Of a stretch of 64,000 nt of DNA, positions 23,931 through 38,469 are shown piece after piece. Every line of letters starts with the position of its first letter. Positions within the stretch are counted from its first letter, which is position 1. The notes under the pieces are model-generated. The model saw only the letters and a program-made list of their open reading frames with translations. It did not search any database and had not been told where the DNA came from. The position numbers were made by a program, and so were the translations under genes. Source of the DNA: Octopus sinensis (Eukaryota); contig NC_042997.1 in NCBI RefSeq assembly GCF_006345805.1, positions 103,416,001 to 103,480,000 of the forward strand, read 5' to 3'.

Positions 23931-26404
23931 CCTTACTTGTATTCACCTGATGAAAACGGCTTTTTTCTTTTCTTTTTTTTTTGCATGATATAACTCTTGT
24001 TTATCAATAAAAAAAGACATGGCTGAAACAGCTGTAGTGAACCACAATTCATCTATTGGTATTATATACACCGTCGATTCCAACTTCTTTGACTTACCAA
24101 CGTTAATGACCCCGATGTTACAAAAGACCATATCTAGGAAAATTAACGAGATAGTTTGTTTCCGAGGATTCTTTACTTATTTTTCCTACCGATCGTTCAT
24201 CAATTTGATATTATTTATTGCTATACAAGTTGGCGAAGTAATGAAATCGTTTATGTGCTTGTCAAACTGTTTAGCGACATTACGCTCGTCTCTATGTTCT
24301 GAGTTCAAATTCCGCTGAAACCAACTTTGCCTTTCATCAATTCACTGTCAATAAAATAGGTACCAGTTGAGCATTGGGGATCGATGTAATCGACCTACTC
24401 CCTTCAATGAAATTACTGCCCTCATGTCAAAATTTTGAAACCAATATTTTAAATTTCTATTTTTATTCCTATTCACCAAGCTGTCCCTATTCTCCCCAAA
24501 ATCACCGTACACACACGCGCGCACGCACCACATATATGGGTGTATAATAGAAGTGAATTTCCATCGCTAGATGATAAAGACTTAGTTGCTTGATAACTGA
24601 ATTGCCTGCTTCTCATTTAACGTCCGTCTTTACGTTCTGAATTCGAATTCTGCCGAAGTCGACTTTGCCTTTCATCCATCCACTGGCGGTCGATGTAATC
24701 GGCCTACTACCTTCCACGAAATTTCTGGCCTTGTGCCAAAATTTGAAACCAATATTATTTATTACTATGACCTTTTCTATGCCACTCTCATTTATTGTAT
24801 TTATCAGACCACATCGGCTTATACTCTGTCAATTTTTTGATAGTTGTGATGAGAATACCGCTGCTATTTTCATTTACTATTGCATGGATTTTCTAAATAT
24901 TCGTTTAGTTTCAATGATCTAAGGATGTTGATTGATGTAACAATTCCTCTGATCGTCACTGATTAATAAATATGTTACAACCGCCTCTATTCTTTGACCG
25001 TTTTATAAATAAATTAACTATTTCAATGAAATCGGGCAAAGCTGAAGTTGTCTGTGTATGGCAGGTTTGGTAGCCTTCAACTAACACTATCTCCTCCGAG
25101 ACCCTGCGGCGCAAGTTAACCAAAATTGAGAGTATGATAGAAGAAGGCTTGCGCTTCATTCCGTAGAAGATAAAATTCAAATCGGACCATGTTAACGCCA
25201 AAAATTATTTACATCAAAAAGGTGCTTTTTTTCTATGAAAATCCCTATTTTTTTACGATTTTTTGACTGCTGTTTCGCCATTTTTCGGTGTATTTCAACC
25301 AGAAAAATGTTCACTCAAAGAGAATAACAAGCTACATAATGCAAAATTTTTACTTTTAAAAAATTCCAATTCTAAAGGGTCGAAAAAAACCCGAGCAACG
25401 CCGGGCGATACTGGCAGAATTTTATGATTATTATTTAATTACGATACCAAAACCAAATAGATTTATAAATCTTACATCGAAACGTCATTGAAAATTTTCA
25501 GCATATGCTCCATCTGTATCCTTGCAAATTTTTAATCAATCCTTCACATTTTGAAGCATTTCAGAGGTTATCCCCTGCACTGCTGACTGAATGCGTTTTT
25601 AGAGATCAGCAATACTACAGCTCCATCCTTGGGATGGAGGTAGAGAGAAAATGATCGCAGCCAAATTGAAAAAGATAAAAAAAAAAAAAGCGGGATCCAA
25701 CTGGAATGAAAATAAAGCTATTAAAAAAATTATATAAATCATAAAATTATATACACTTTAACACATATTAAACATGATAAACATAAATAGAAGTGAGTTT
25801 TTAAAAAAATTGTCCGATTTCACTGAAATACATAGTTAATTCTGAGACACTGTATTATAATGGATGCATTATACAATGGATGCAAGGCAGCAAGCTGGCA
25901 GGATTGTTAGCAGGCGGGAGGAAATGCTTAGCAGTATTTTCGTTCGCCTTTACGTTCTGAGTTCAAATTCCACCAAGGTCGACTTTGCCTTTCATCCTTT
26001 CGAGGTCGATAAATTAAGTACTAGTAAAACTCTAGGGTCGATGTAGATACATTATAGAATGTAGATACATAATAGAATGGATGTATTATACTTATAATCG
26101 GTAATTTCCTGAGTTTTCTACTTGTGTTGAATATTTTTGAATTAATGGGAAGATTTACCGCTCTATACATCCTGTTTGTCGATATTTCTTACGATTATCT
26201 GATGTATGTGTGTGTGAGTGTGTGTGAGTAAAACGCAATACGTATATACATATGAACGCCCCCCCCCCCTCACATACACACATACACAGAGTTGACCAAA
26301 AGTCACGCACAAAGAAGGCCAATACGTTCCGGAATTGCCAAATACATGCTAAAATAAATAAAATAATTATGAATACATACGTACTTATACATGATGAACA
26401 AAAT

Positions 26405-28166
26405 AACCGGATCCGCGACAGCAGGTGTCCGACACAAACCCACAGGTCAGCAATGCTTGTGTCTGTAAAGTTTATCCCGAACGGGCAGCGCCCCTCGGTA
26501 GCATTGCCAGGCCAGGGATTTCTGAAAATTATCCATAGGCCTCGCCTCGGAAGTCCTCCGAAACAGACCAGTAAGTTGATCTTCGTCGACGCCCAGAGCT
26601 TCCCCGAAAACGTCGTCGCACTTTTTCTCTCCACTAACCCTCTATAGAACATTAGAGTGAAACTACCACCGACCGCATTACTTGACTGGCAGAGGGTTGT
26701 GAGCGCTTGACGGCACTCGAAACGTCAAGTGCACCACCTCGGTCTACGTCTAATCCAGGATTGCAGCTTAGTCAAAGAAACGAGCTGTGGGAGAGCGAGT
26801 CTAACAAGCAGCGACCACACCTGCTTATCGTTAAGGAAACGCTTGAGATGTCGTATCCTGAGCGCATGTCTGCGCAGCAGCAATCACGGCTGTCGACAGC
26901 AGATGGAGCGCATGAACAGCGGCACGCATCCCCTCCTCAGAAAGCGAAAGAGTAAGCGCACCAACTTGTTAAGCCAACATACGGAGTAAGGGACGACGGT
27001 CAAGCAGGGTTGATGACGGATGCGATGTATGCATTCGCCACCTCAGCTCGACCTTTCAAGGACACCTTCCTCTAGGCCCATTTCTGGGTGAGATTGGCCA
27101 CCCTGCTCATCACCTCGTCCAGTTTTTTCCACCTAGAGGTCCGGGCCGAATCAGACCCCGAGCAATTCAACCGGACCATCTGTCAAGCGCCGCACTATGT
27201 TTTTGGATGGTATAAACTTGCCTCTGCAGATGCCGAGTTGCAAGCCCACTGATTTTTCTGTGTTGGTTTTTGCTCCTGTCACTGCTTCATATTCTTTTAG
27301 TGTGGCGCCTATCAGGTTTATATGCTTGTGGTTCAACATTATAACGATGACAATGTCGGAATAAGCAGATACGCTTCTCTCCCGTCCTAGATCACGTGGG
27401 ATGCCCCTCAATGCCTCCAGCTTCTGCAGCAGTGGCTCAAGAGTCAGTACATACAGAAGGGAGGAGTGAGGGCACGCATGACGGACCGAGGACAAGATAC
27501 TGAATGGTTTTGACAGGATTTAGACTGATCTAAATTGATCAGTCCCATCCATGCCAAATTCGTTACCTACCCTCTCTATGATGTAACGCATAAGGTGGAA
27601 ATTGTGTATAGCCCTGCTTGGTATGGCGCATGTTTGCGCATCGCCAATCAGCTTGTCCACGACGAGTGCAAACTCTTGGCCAACATTTTGGCCAAAATCT
27701 TCAACTCTGCATTGAACAGAGTGATGGAACTGAAATTCTTTATAACGTCCCCCTTGTTTGAGTCCTTTCTCAACAGTGCCACTGCCCCTCGACAAACGAA
27801 AGTGGGAATTCTCCCATTCTGTTGTGGTATATATCTGCTAAGAGGCCTCCAAACAAATCCGACATAGAAATATAAAGCTCGTAGGACAGAGCATCCAAAC
27901 CTGGCGATCTGCCTCTCGCGCAGCCCTTCATCGCCTTCTGTATTTCCGCGGCTGTTATCAGCCTTTCACAGCACTCCACCTCACTGATCGAGAGTCGCGA
28001 TAGGCCGTCCAAGTAGACACCGAAGTCTGCCCCGTTATCCGTCCTAACACTTGTCCCGAACAGTCGATCGAGCAAAGTACTGCTGAAAAACTGCTCACAT
28101 CTGCTTCGGCTCAAACATCACGCGCCCGTTTTGGTCCAACAAATACCGAATGGTGGCTTTGTTCTC
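26405..28166 (-). mobile_element. Tx1/L1-clade LINE ORF2 fragment (RT and C-terminal region), pseudogenised
   Basis: SPGLDALSYELY (RT domain 1), SVRHACPHSSLLYVLTLEPL (QG.PLSP motif), SAYSD (YADD), KAFY.GLVE C-terminal region; frameshifted. Confidence 0.88.
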
Positions 28167-28217
<51 letters not shown>

Positions 28218-28218
<1 letters not shown>

Positions 28219-29293
28219 CCAAACTGAACAACCCGAGGGAAGTACGGCCACTCCCAAACTGAACAACCCGAGGGAAGTACGGCAACTATTGTTGCAAAGA
28301 AGGTGAAAATGATGGCAATGAAGAAAGCGCACGAGCAATTGGCTGATAGGTGGGAGGAGAAACCTCTGCACGGCAAATATGTGACCCGCAGCAAACAAGC
28401 TGATGTTGACCAGAAGCAAACCCATCAGTGGCTACGGAGCTCAGGGCTAGAAGCAGAGAGCGAAGGTTTCATCCTGGCTGCTCAAGATCAAAGCCTATTA
28501 ACCCGGAACTACCAGGCCAATGTGATGAAAAATGGAGCAGACCCAAAATGCCGATTCTGCAACGACATGATTGAAACAGTGGACCACCTAATCTCTGGAT
28601 GTAAAGTCTTAGCACCAGTGGAGTATAAATTAAGACATGACAGAGTTGGCCAATATCTCCACTGGCTAATAAGTCGTCATTACAATATCAAAACTGCCGA
28701 CAAGTGGTATAATCACCACCCTGAGGCTGTAACTGAAGGAGAAAATGTAACGATTCTGTGGGACTTTCCAGTACATACAGACCGAACCATCGAGGCCAAT
28801 AAACCAGATATTGTTGTGAAAGACCAAAACAATAAAGTTTGCTTATTGATTGACATGAGCATCCCCTGTGATCATAATATCTCAGCGAAAGAGTTTGACA
28901 AGCTCAGAAAATATAAAGACCTACTCATTGAAATTGAGAAAATGTGGCATCTCAAGGCGGTTACAATACCAGTGATCGTAGGAGCACTAGGAATGATCAA
29001 GAAGGGAACCGAAAATTATATGAGAATGATCCCTGGCTTACCATCCCTGCAAGAAGTGCAAAAGATTGTCTTAACTGGTACATCACACGTATTGAGAAGA
29101 GCATTGTCGATGTGAGAACTGTTGCTGCTCATGTATTTTAATTTAACTTTAAAAAAAAAAAATTTAAAAAAATGAGCGAACTACTGAGTTTGGTTTAATG
29201 GCCTACCAATGTATGCTATGAGTTTCTTTGCCCTAGGAGTCGGGACGACACTCGGCAAGAAATGGAAGCAAATTTGAAAGAAGAAAAGAAAAG
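28218..29293 (+). mobile_element. 5'-truncated R4/Dong-clade LINE with intact C-terminal ORF (28303-29115): CCHC finger plus restriction-like endonuclease
   Basis: CRFC...ETVDHLISGC, RHD, and KPDIVV..D...K.Y..L (PD-D/ExK) motifs; (TAA)n arrays on both sides (28167-28217, 29294-29318), the known target of Dong elements. Confidence 0.93.
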
Positions 29294-29382
29294 TAATAAT
29301 AATAATAATAATAATAATGTAATATAAAAATGTCAAATGCGTGACTTTTGGCCCACCCTGTATCTATCTATCTGTCTGTCTA

Positions 29383-30177
<795 letters not shown>

Positions 30178-30540
30178 TCGTAAGACACCTGCTGTTTTTA
30201 CCATTATTGCTTTTGTATTTCATGTTCTTGTATTTCATTATTGTTTTTGTTTTTTATATTCGTGTGGCACCGTCCGTTTTGCTGTCCCTGTGTTCGTATG
30301 CATTCGATCCTTCTTCCAGGAAATCTACGCTCCTAGCTTAGTTTTTCTAATGCTCGTTGCTTAGTTTTTCCTGGAGAGCTGGCCGGATCTAGTAATCTCA
30401 AGATTAATCAGCCGAAATTACTACGATGATCCGGTTCTTGACTGAAGACTGAGGGCTTCGAATGTCCTGTCTGTGTTTGTTGTATCGTCTTCTAAGTGTT
30501 ATGCGTTCTTGTCCCAGTTTGTATTTTTCTACATATCATA

Positions 30541-30589
<49 letters not shown>

Positions 30590-30595
30590 TGTGTG

Positions 30596-30669
<74 letters not shown>

Positions 30670-30734
30670 GTATATATATTCATATCTATCGATTTATCTT
30701 CATATCTATCTGTCTGTCTATCTATCTATCTATC

Positions 30735-31777
30735 GTCTCCATGACCGAACTGCAGTCGTGGATCAAAAAGAGGCCGAGGAAGGGCGTTGGCACCGCGAGT
30801 GTCGCGTTGCTCTCAAGCAACTCTGCCGTCCCGGGTCGACCTTGAGTGACTCCAACACAACTAAAGCATTCTATAGGAGATTAGTGGAGGGGAGGTACGA
30901 CGACGAGCTCAGGGCGAACCTAGACGTCGACGAGGAATACCTGACCCGCCTGTTAAGGACGACTTTCGGGCCAGGGCCCATGAACAACTTCCAGAGATCC
31001 CTGGCCTGGCAGTGCTACCGAGAAACACGGGGCCGACCTGCCCGAGATGCGTTCTGCACGCACTCGTGCAGTGTCCAACAATTTCCGACCTGCGGGCTGC
31101 TGTCACGTGTGGGACGAGTCGGTTTATCAGCCGAGTCTATCGTCAATAGTGTCACGCCTCCTTCCTTCAAACGGGAAGGAAGAGCTATTTTCATCATCCT
31201 TGTGTCTATGGCGAAAGAATGTATCTGGTGGACGCGTCTGAAAGGATTGGAGACAAACACTTTCCTCTCTGGTCAATCTCTGGTCAAGTTTTGTCTAGCG
31301 AATGTTTTAAAAAAAGATGGGTGAATGTAGCAAGGATGGCACGTATGAATGACGAAGCCACCTTGAGCATAATCCTATGAACCCAGAAATTGAAAACAGA
31401 GGGTTACCCATTTGCAAACAAATGTGGTAACATGTAACAATATTGACCGAGGTTACCGTGGTCTTTTCCGTAGGCTTTTCTTCCCATGGATAAACCTTAT
31501 CTGCTTCCCCCTTTACACCGTACATCATGACACTGTGATACATGATCCCTATTAATCTTTTTTTTCTTTTTCCCCTTTTTTCCTTTCTTTTTTCTTCTTT
31601 TTTTCATTTTTCTTTTCTTTTGTTTCTTTTCCTTTTTTTCTTTTTTTTATTCTTTCCCTCTTACGATCCCTTTTGATCGAAAACCTACCCCTTTTTTTTT
31701 ATTCTCCAAAAAGAGAAAAGCTCTACTTTGTAATCTGTCCCGTCTGTGTGCAGCCCTGTGTGGCTAATAAAGAAACA
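30735..31777 (+). mobile_element. Tx1-like LINE 3' end (copy B)
   Basis: ORF remnant TKAFYRRLVEG...FQRSLAWQCYRE...CPRC..HA..QC; same 3'UTR; (TATC)n on both sides. Confidence 0.87.
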
Positions 31778-31805
31778 TATCTATCTATCTATCTATCTAT
31801 CTATC

Positions 31806-31845
<40 letters not shown>

Positions 31846-31846
<1 letters not shown>

Positions 31847-32138
31847 AAGGGATCGTAAAAGGAAAGAAAGAGGACAAAAAAAGGGGGGGTTAAAAAAAAG
31901 GGGGGAGGGAAAAAATTGATCAATAGGGATCGTTATCACAGAAATGTCAATATGAAGTGTAAAGGGGAGGACAGGTGAGGTTTACCCGTGGAAAGAAAAG
32001 CCTACGGAAAAGACCACGGTAACCTCGGTCAATGAAGTCACATGTTATATTTCTTTTTTTTTTTTACCCCCAAAAGAAAAGCTCTACCTTGTAATTTGTT
32101 CTATCTGTGTGCAGCCCTGTGTGGCTAATAAAGAAACA
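31846..32138 (+). mobile_element. Tx1-like LINE 3' end with inverted 5' segment (copy C)
   Basis: 31846-~32050 is the reverse complement of the 3'UTR of copies A/B; ~32051-32138 is the forward terminus; (TATC)n on both sides. Confidence 0.82.
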
Positions 32139-32169
<31 letters not shown>

Positions 32170-32563
32170 TTATCAGTCTGTCTGTCGTTCTGTCTGTCAC
32201 CCACTTGTTTCTGTCTCTTTTCTTTTTCTGCTTTAAGGTCCATACTTCGTTATTTCTCAGATCATTAAGACTTTTTTCCTTTGAAGTTAATCTAACAAGC
32301 GCGTCTCAGTTGATATATGACATTCTGTGCTTAACACAGTTTTAATTATACTTTAATTTCCTGATGAGACAACTGTTTGAAAATACAGACTGATGAATGA
32401 ATTCAACCTCTGAAATATTCTTGTCTAATGATTTACTAAAACCATCAAAATTTTTATATTTTACTTTTTACTTCTAACAAAATCTCTTCCTTCCCGTTAA
32501 ATGATGGACATTATCTACCACACCATCTTTACTTATCTCTCTCTCTCTATTTCTCCCTCTCTA

Positions 32564-32622
<59 letters not shown>

Positions 32623-32801
32623 TTATGTATCTCTATCGATCTATCTAGCTAGCTAGCTAGCTGTCTGTCTGTCTACCTGTCTTTCTGTCTGTCTGCCTGT
32701 CTTTCTGTCTGCCTGCCTGCATCTGTGCTTGTGTGCGTATGAGTACCTATGTATGTGTGTATATATGTGTGTGTTTGTGTATGAGTGTGTGTATATATGT
32801 A

Positions 32802-32893
<92 letters not shown>

Positions 32894-32996
32894 TTGCATA
32901 TGTGTGTATGGTGTGAGTGTCGGTGTATGTGAGTTTTTCGTTCGTGCTTATGATAGGTTAACGTGTGTGAACGGACTAGATATGTATTGTATGTGT

Positions 32997-33042
<46 letters not shown>

Positions 33043-33089
33043 GTATGTGTATGTGTGTATGAGTGTGTGTGTAAGTTATGTGTGTAGAC

Positions 33090-33665
33090 GAAGGGGAAAA
33101 CAGGGGAAAGGAGAAGGAGATTGGTGAGAGAGATGGCGGTTAGAAGCTGTTACAAGAGGGCTATATTAAGTCCAAATGTCATATGAGACCGTAATAAGAA
33201 GATATAGCGTTGCTCCTTGGGAAGTCTGGTTGTAATTGATCCAAACCGAATATTGTAGTAGATTAAGCAGAAATGGCAGGCAACAGGATATTTTCCTGAA
33301 GGCGGATATCGGGTAGGCATTTGTTAAATCTGTCGGCTCGAGTGCGGCTAGACTTTCCAACATACAAAACCCTGCAAAGAGTATATTCAAAGCAATAAAT
33401 GACGTTAGATAGGTGCATGAGAAAGAACCACGGATGTAAACAGTGCGATGATTGGCTCTTGTGAAGGAAACGATATTGGTGATGCAGAGGTTCCGCGACG
33501 GATGTCCGGAACAAGAGAAAGATCCGGATTGGGCTGGAGTGGAGGAGAGAAGAGAGCCACGAACCTGTAAGGTTTTGAGCACGCTTGAGGGGGGTAGTGG
33601 TGGCTTGGGGGAAACAGTGGTGGGGGTGGTTCTAGGAACCACGATCAAGCAAACACATACATGAA
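33090..33665 (-). mobile_element. Penelope-like element GIY-YIG endonuclease fragment
   Basis: GSFSC..SNVIYCFEYTLCRVLYVGKSSRT..DRF..DIR and terminal FGLN motif, across a frameshift. Confidence 0.85.
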
Positions 33666-34089
33666 CCATTTTCGATCGCTAATGTTTACAACACTAGCGC
33701 CGTTTTTAAATCGTAATTGAATTGAATTTTACGTATGCATTCTCATGCTATACCAGCAAATGGTTCTTATACTATTTCTATATAATCATAAACTGGCGAT
33801 CCAATTCATCCCGGGCCCGATTCAGGTACGTGATGTTGATAAACCACAAAAATGGCAAAATAAGGGTGGGATTGGAGGTGAGTTGTCTCGCCTATCTATG
33901 ACTGTCAGGTGTTTTAACAGCCAGTGCTATGAGGGAGTCATCACCAAAGCGCTCTGCCGCAGCGAACCGGTAAACAAGCAAACGCATACACTTAGTTTGT
34001 GCGGTGGATAATATGTATGTGTATGTATATATTTATATATGTATATATGTATATATATGTATATGTATGTGTATATATAGGTATGTGTA

Positions 34090-34127
<38 letters not shown>

Positions 34128-34499
34128 CATATACACACACACACATACATACACACATATGTATGTGTGTGTGTGTGTGTGTGTGTTCTCCGCCAACAGG
34201 TATTTCGGGTCATTTATCACATATAGCTGTTACGTGGTAGCAGGGCGTGCTAGAAATAGCAGCCAAATCTTCAAAGTTAATATACGTTGAAGGCACTCAA
34301 AGAATCCCATGGAAAAAATCTATTTCACACTGAGGTTACGAAATATATACCGTATTTTTAAAGTTAGTTTCGCTTTAGAATATCTTTTAAATATGCCAAA
34401 AAAATGTTTGTAATGGTATTTACTTGAAAGTAATTTAAAGAAAACTAAAATAAAAATACTTACTGTAAACAAGTTACATTCACTTAAAAATATATTTAA

Positions 34500-34902
34500 A
34501 GGCGCGGGAGTGGCTGTGTGGTAAGTAGGTTGCTTACCAACCACATGGTTCTGGGTTCAGTCCCACTGCGTGGCACCTTGGGCATGTGTCTTCTACGATA
34601 GCCTCGGACCGACCAAGGCCTTGTGAGTGGATTTGGTAGACGGAAACTGAAAGAATCCCGTCGTATATGTATATGCATATATATGTCTGTGTGCTTGTGT
34701 GTCGGTGTTTGTCCCCCAACATCGCTTGACAACCGATGCTAATGTGTTTACGTCCCCGTAACTTAGCGGTTCGGCAAAAGAGACCGATAGAATAAGTACT
34801 AGGCTTACAAAGAGTAAGTCCTGGGGTTGATTTGCTTGACTAAAGGCGGTGCTCCAGCATGGCCGCAGTCAAATGATTGAAACAAGTAAAAGAGTAAAAG
34901 AG
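34500..34902 (+). mobile_element. SINE B
   Basis: Full-length copy ending in (AAAAGAGT)n. Confidence 0.88.
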
Positions 34903-35106
34903 ACTTCCAAGACTGTACCTAGGTACAAACACTGCACCAACTGTACTATCCATGTTAATTGTAGGTTCTGAGTTAGGTGAATAAAAACAAATAACAACAT
35001 ATGGATAGTGGTTCACTCCCTACAGCTGTTTCAGGTATGTTTTTTTTATTGATGAAAAGAGTTGTTACAGCATGTGGAAAAAATACATTTTCATCAGGTG
35101 AATATA

Positions 35107-36367
35107 AAGGGGTTGGACAAAATAATGGAAACACCATAAAATTTCAAGCAAATGAATTTTAATATGGGGGAGGACTGCTTTGGCAGTAATTACAGCTTGA
35201 ATTCTACAAGCTATGGACTCATACAAAGTTTGAATTCTTTCCAAAGGAGTTTTATCCATTCTTCAGTTAGAACAGTCTCCAGTTCTTGTAGTAATGTTGG
35301 TGGAGGATTTCGACTCCTTACTTGTTTTTCTAAAATGCACCATAAATGTTCAATAATATTGAGATCTGGGGACTGTGGTGGCCAAATAAGATGTTCAACT
35401 TCACTACAATGTTCCTTGTGTCATTCAGTAACAATTTTAGCTGTGTGAATTGGTGCATTATCATCCTGAAAGATTGCGTTTCCCTCCGGAAACAGTACCG
35501 CAACCATAGGATGAATTTGATCAGATAAAATGTTGAAATAGTCTTGACCATTAATTCTGTCATGAAGGAAAACCAATGGGCCGACGGATTTCCAAGATAT
35601 AGCCCCCAGATCATCACAGATCCTCCACTATGTTTAACAGTTGGAAGAAGGCAGTGTGTGTCAAATGCTTCTTTTGGCTGTCTTCACACATATACTCGGC
35701 CGGTGGTCGGAAATAAAGTAAAGGCTGATTCGTTCGAGAAAATAACATTTTTCCAATGCTCTAGGGACCAATTCTGTAGGATTTTACTTCACTCTAAACG
35801 CTTTGCAACGTTTGTTTTTGAAAGTAGTGGTTTTCTGATTGCAGCCGTCCCGTGAAATCTGGTTTTGTGCAGCTCCTGGCGAATAGTTTTTGTGGAAACT
35901 AGATTCTTGAGGTGGACATAAAGCTCTGCCTTAATTTTGGGAGCTGTACCTTTGTAAACCTTTCTAACAATTCGCGTAAGATCCGACGGTCCTTATCTGA
36001 AAGTTTTGGTTTTCTTTCGGGGTTTTCTTTCGACGAGGAGGTTCTTCCATCTTTCTCAAAGGCTGTCATTACTTTTGAGACAGTACTTATTGATACACCA
36101 AACATTTCGGCTGTTTTCGTTACGCTAGCGTCTACCATACGAGCAGCAGCAATTTGACCTCTTTGAAAGTCTGATAGATCTGTCATTTTAATGAATTTTA
36201 ATTACCTTTTTATGATGATATCTGAAAAGAAACAACAATTTTAGCAAAACATATTAAGCAAAACTAATAGTAAATAAGAAAACATCAAAATAAACGAGCT
36301 TTTGACGGTTTTATAGATATTTCAAAATTATGATGCTTGGTGTTTCCATTATTTTATCCGACCCCTG
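35107..36367 (-). mobile_element. Tc1-like transposon, full length but degraded
   Basis: TIRs AGGGGTTGGACAAAATAATGGAAACACC / GGTGTTTCCATTATTTTATCCGACCCCTG with TA on both sides; MTDLSDFQRGQI..AR...SVTKTAE.FGVS.STVS HTH and S.DLN..E.(L) motif. Confidence 0.9.
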
Positions 36368-36592
36368 TATATAACATGTGTGTGTGTGGGTGTGTATGTA
36401 TGTATGTATGTATGTATGTATGTATGTATGTATGTAGGTAGGTAGGTAGGTAGGTAAGTATGTATGTAACCCCCCAAAAACATCAATTTTATATAAATGA
36501 ACAAGCTGTTTGTACATTCACAAAATTATTTTTGACAAGTTCGAGAAAGGACGACTTTTTTCTTGATATACATACATACATACATACATACA

Positions 36593-36664
<72 letters not shown>

Positions 36665-36667
<3 letters not shown>

Positions 36668-36835
36668 TAACGGGAAGGTTTACGAAAATAACAAGAGACG
36701 AAGGCAGGTGGAGTACATACAAACAATGTAATTAGTATGGCGCTCAGAATAAAATAAAACAAGTCTTTTACGTTTCGAGCCTACGCTCTTCGACAGAAAA
36801 TACACAGAAAAGAAACAAGGAGAGAAAAAAATTGC
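36665..36835 (-). mobile_element. Penelope-associated short repeat with hammerhead-like core
   Basis: Minus strand CTGTCGA-A-GAGC-GTAG-GCTC-GAAA-CGTA (36770-36796). Related copies at ~47955-48120(-) and 45272-45380(+). Confidence 0.55.
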
Positions 36836-36859
36836 GGTTTAGGGCTAACGATCCAACAG

Positions 36860-36890
<31 letters not shown>

Positions 36891-37369
36891 CTCATATATA
36901 TATATATATCATATATATTACATACATACATACTGGCAGATATACCCGGTCTTACTCGGAATTACAATGGCATGTTTTTGTTTTTTTTACTTGTTTCAGT
37001 CATGTGACTGCGGCCATGCTGCAGCACCGCCGTTCGTCGACATATCAAGCACAGGATTTATTCTTTGTAAGCCTGGTGCTTATTCTACCGATATCTTTGC
37101 CGAACCGAAAATTTTATGAGACATAACCACACCAACATCGATTACTAAGCGATGGTAAAAGGAAACAAACACAAATGCACACGCGCGCGCGCGCATATAT
37201 AACTTCAGTTACGGACTTTTTCAGTTTTCGTCAACCAAATTCACTGAAATGGCCTGGTCGGCCGAAGGCTATAGTATAAGACACAGGCCGGAGGTACCAC
37301 GCAGTGGAATTGCACCCGGAACCATGTGGCTGGGAAACAAGCTTCTTAGCACGCAGCCACACCCGCGCC

Positions 37370-37402
<33 letters not shown>

Positions 37403-37528
37403 TATATATTATATATACTTTGATACTTTGATAGGTTTCGGCCATTATTAGCCAGGCCATGTCTAACTTAATAGCACCACCTATAATATATATAGATGGA
37501 TGGATGGATGGATTGATTGATGATAGAT

Positions 37529-37612
<84 letters not shown>

Positions 37613-37624
37613 GCAGAAAGATCC

Positions 37625-37950
37625 CAACAATGCCGTTGCACTTCAGTTACGGTTACTGCAACAGCCTGGATTTCAGGAGCCCACAGCTTTTTAATATTTT
37701 TCCAAAGATTTTCAGGGACCTATACAAAGTGGATGTAGGTGTTTTCAAATCAAAAGTGGATCTCTTCCAGTCGAGAGTCCCCGATGATGATGATCCTACC
37801 TCGAGGTAGGAGGCGCAAATGAGGGTAGAGACATCAAAATTCTCTTATTCACCAAATGTCACATATCAGAGGAAGCTCTCAATAATAACAGTGTAGCAAA
37901 ACGGCGGTGCCCCAGCATGACCACAGCTTTCAGCTGAGACTGATGAATAA
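37625..37950 (+). mobile_element. CR1-group LINE 3' fragment (same family as 42120-42630)
   Basis: GFQEPTAF.IF...DL..VDV.VFKSKVDLF...P.D remnants and terminal GGCGGTGCCCCAGCATGACCACAGC. Confidence 0.7.
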
Positions 37951-38437
37951 GAAAATATATATATATATACATATAAATATATATATACATTCATTTGTTT
38001 TAATTTATATTTCCTGACGCCATACTCATACAATTGTTCGTTTGTTTCCACCTGCTTCTCTTTGTTATTTCATACAGCTTCCGTTATATTATATATATAG
38101 GTTTTATGAGTTTAGCAAGGGAGTTTTATCGTTATATGTTTTTAGAGTTTTGTTTTATCATGGTTTTTTAGGGAATTCGTGTAATTAGTCTATATTTCGA
38201 TATGGATTATATATTATATATGGATTATATTATATTTTTTCATATACTATTATTTAGATATATTTTTAAAATTTTGATAGATTGGAAGTATATCATATTG
38301 TATATACTATTTATTAATATATATTATCTTTATATGGTTTTGTCTCATATATAATCTTTTATATTGGATTTATCCTAAATATAATTTGGATATATATATA
38401 TATTAATATATATATATATATATATATATATTATCTA

Positions 38438-38469
<32 letters not shown>

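Noticed and set aside
28218-28287. Short direct repeats suggestive of CRISPR (also 47277-47373)
   Set aside because: Only two units with no unique spacers, in a eukaryotic context with no cas genes.
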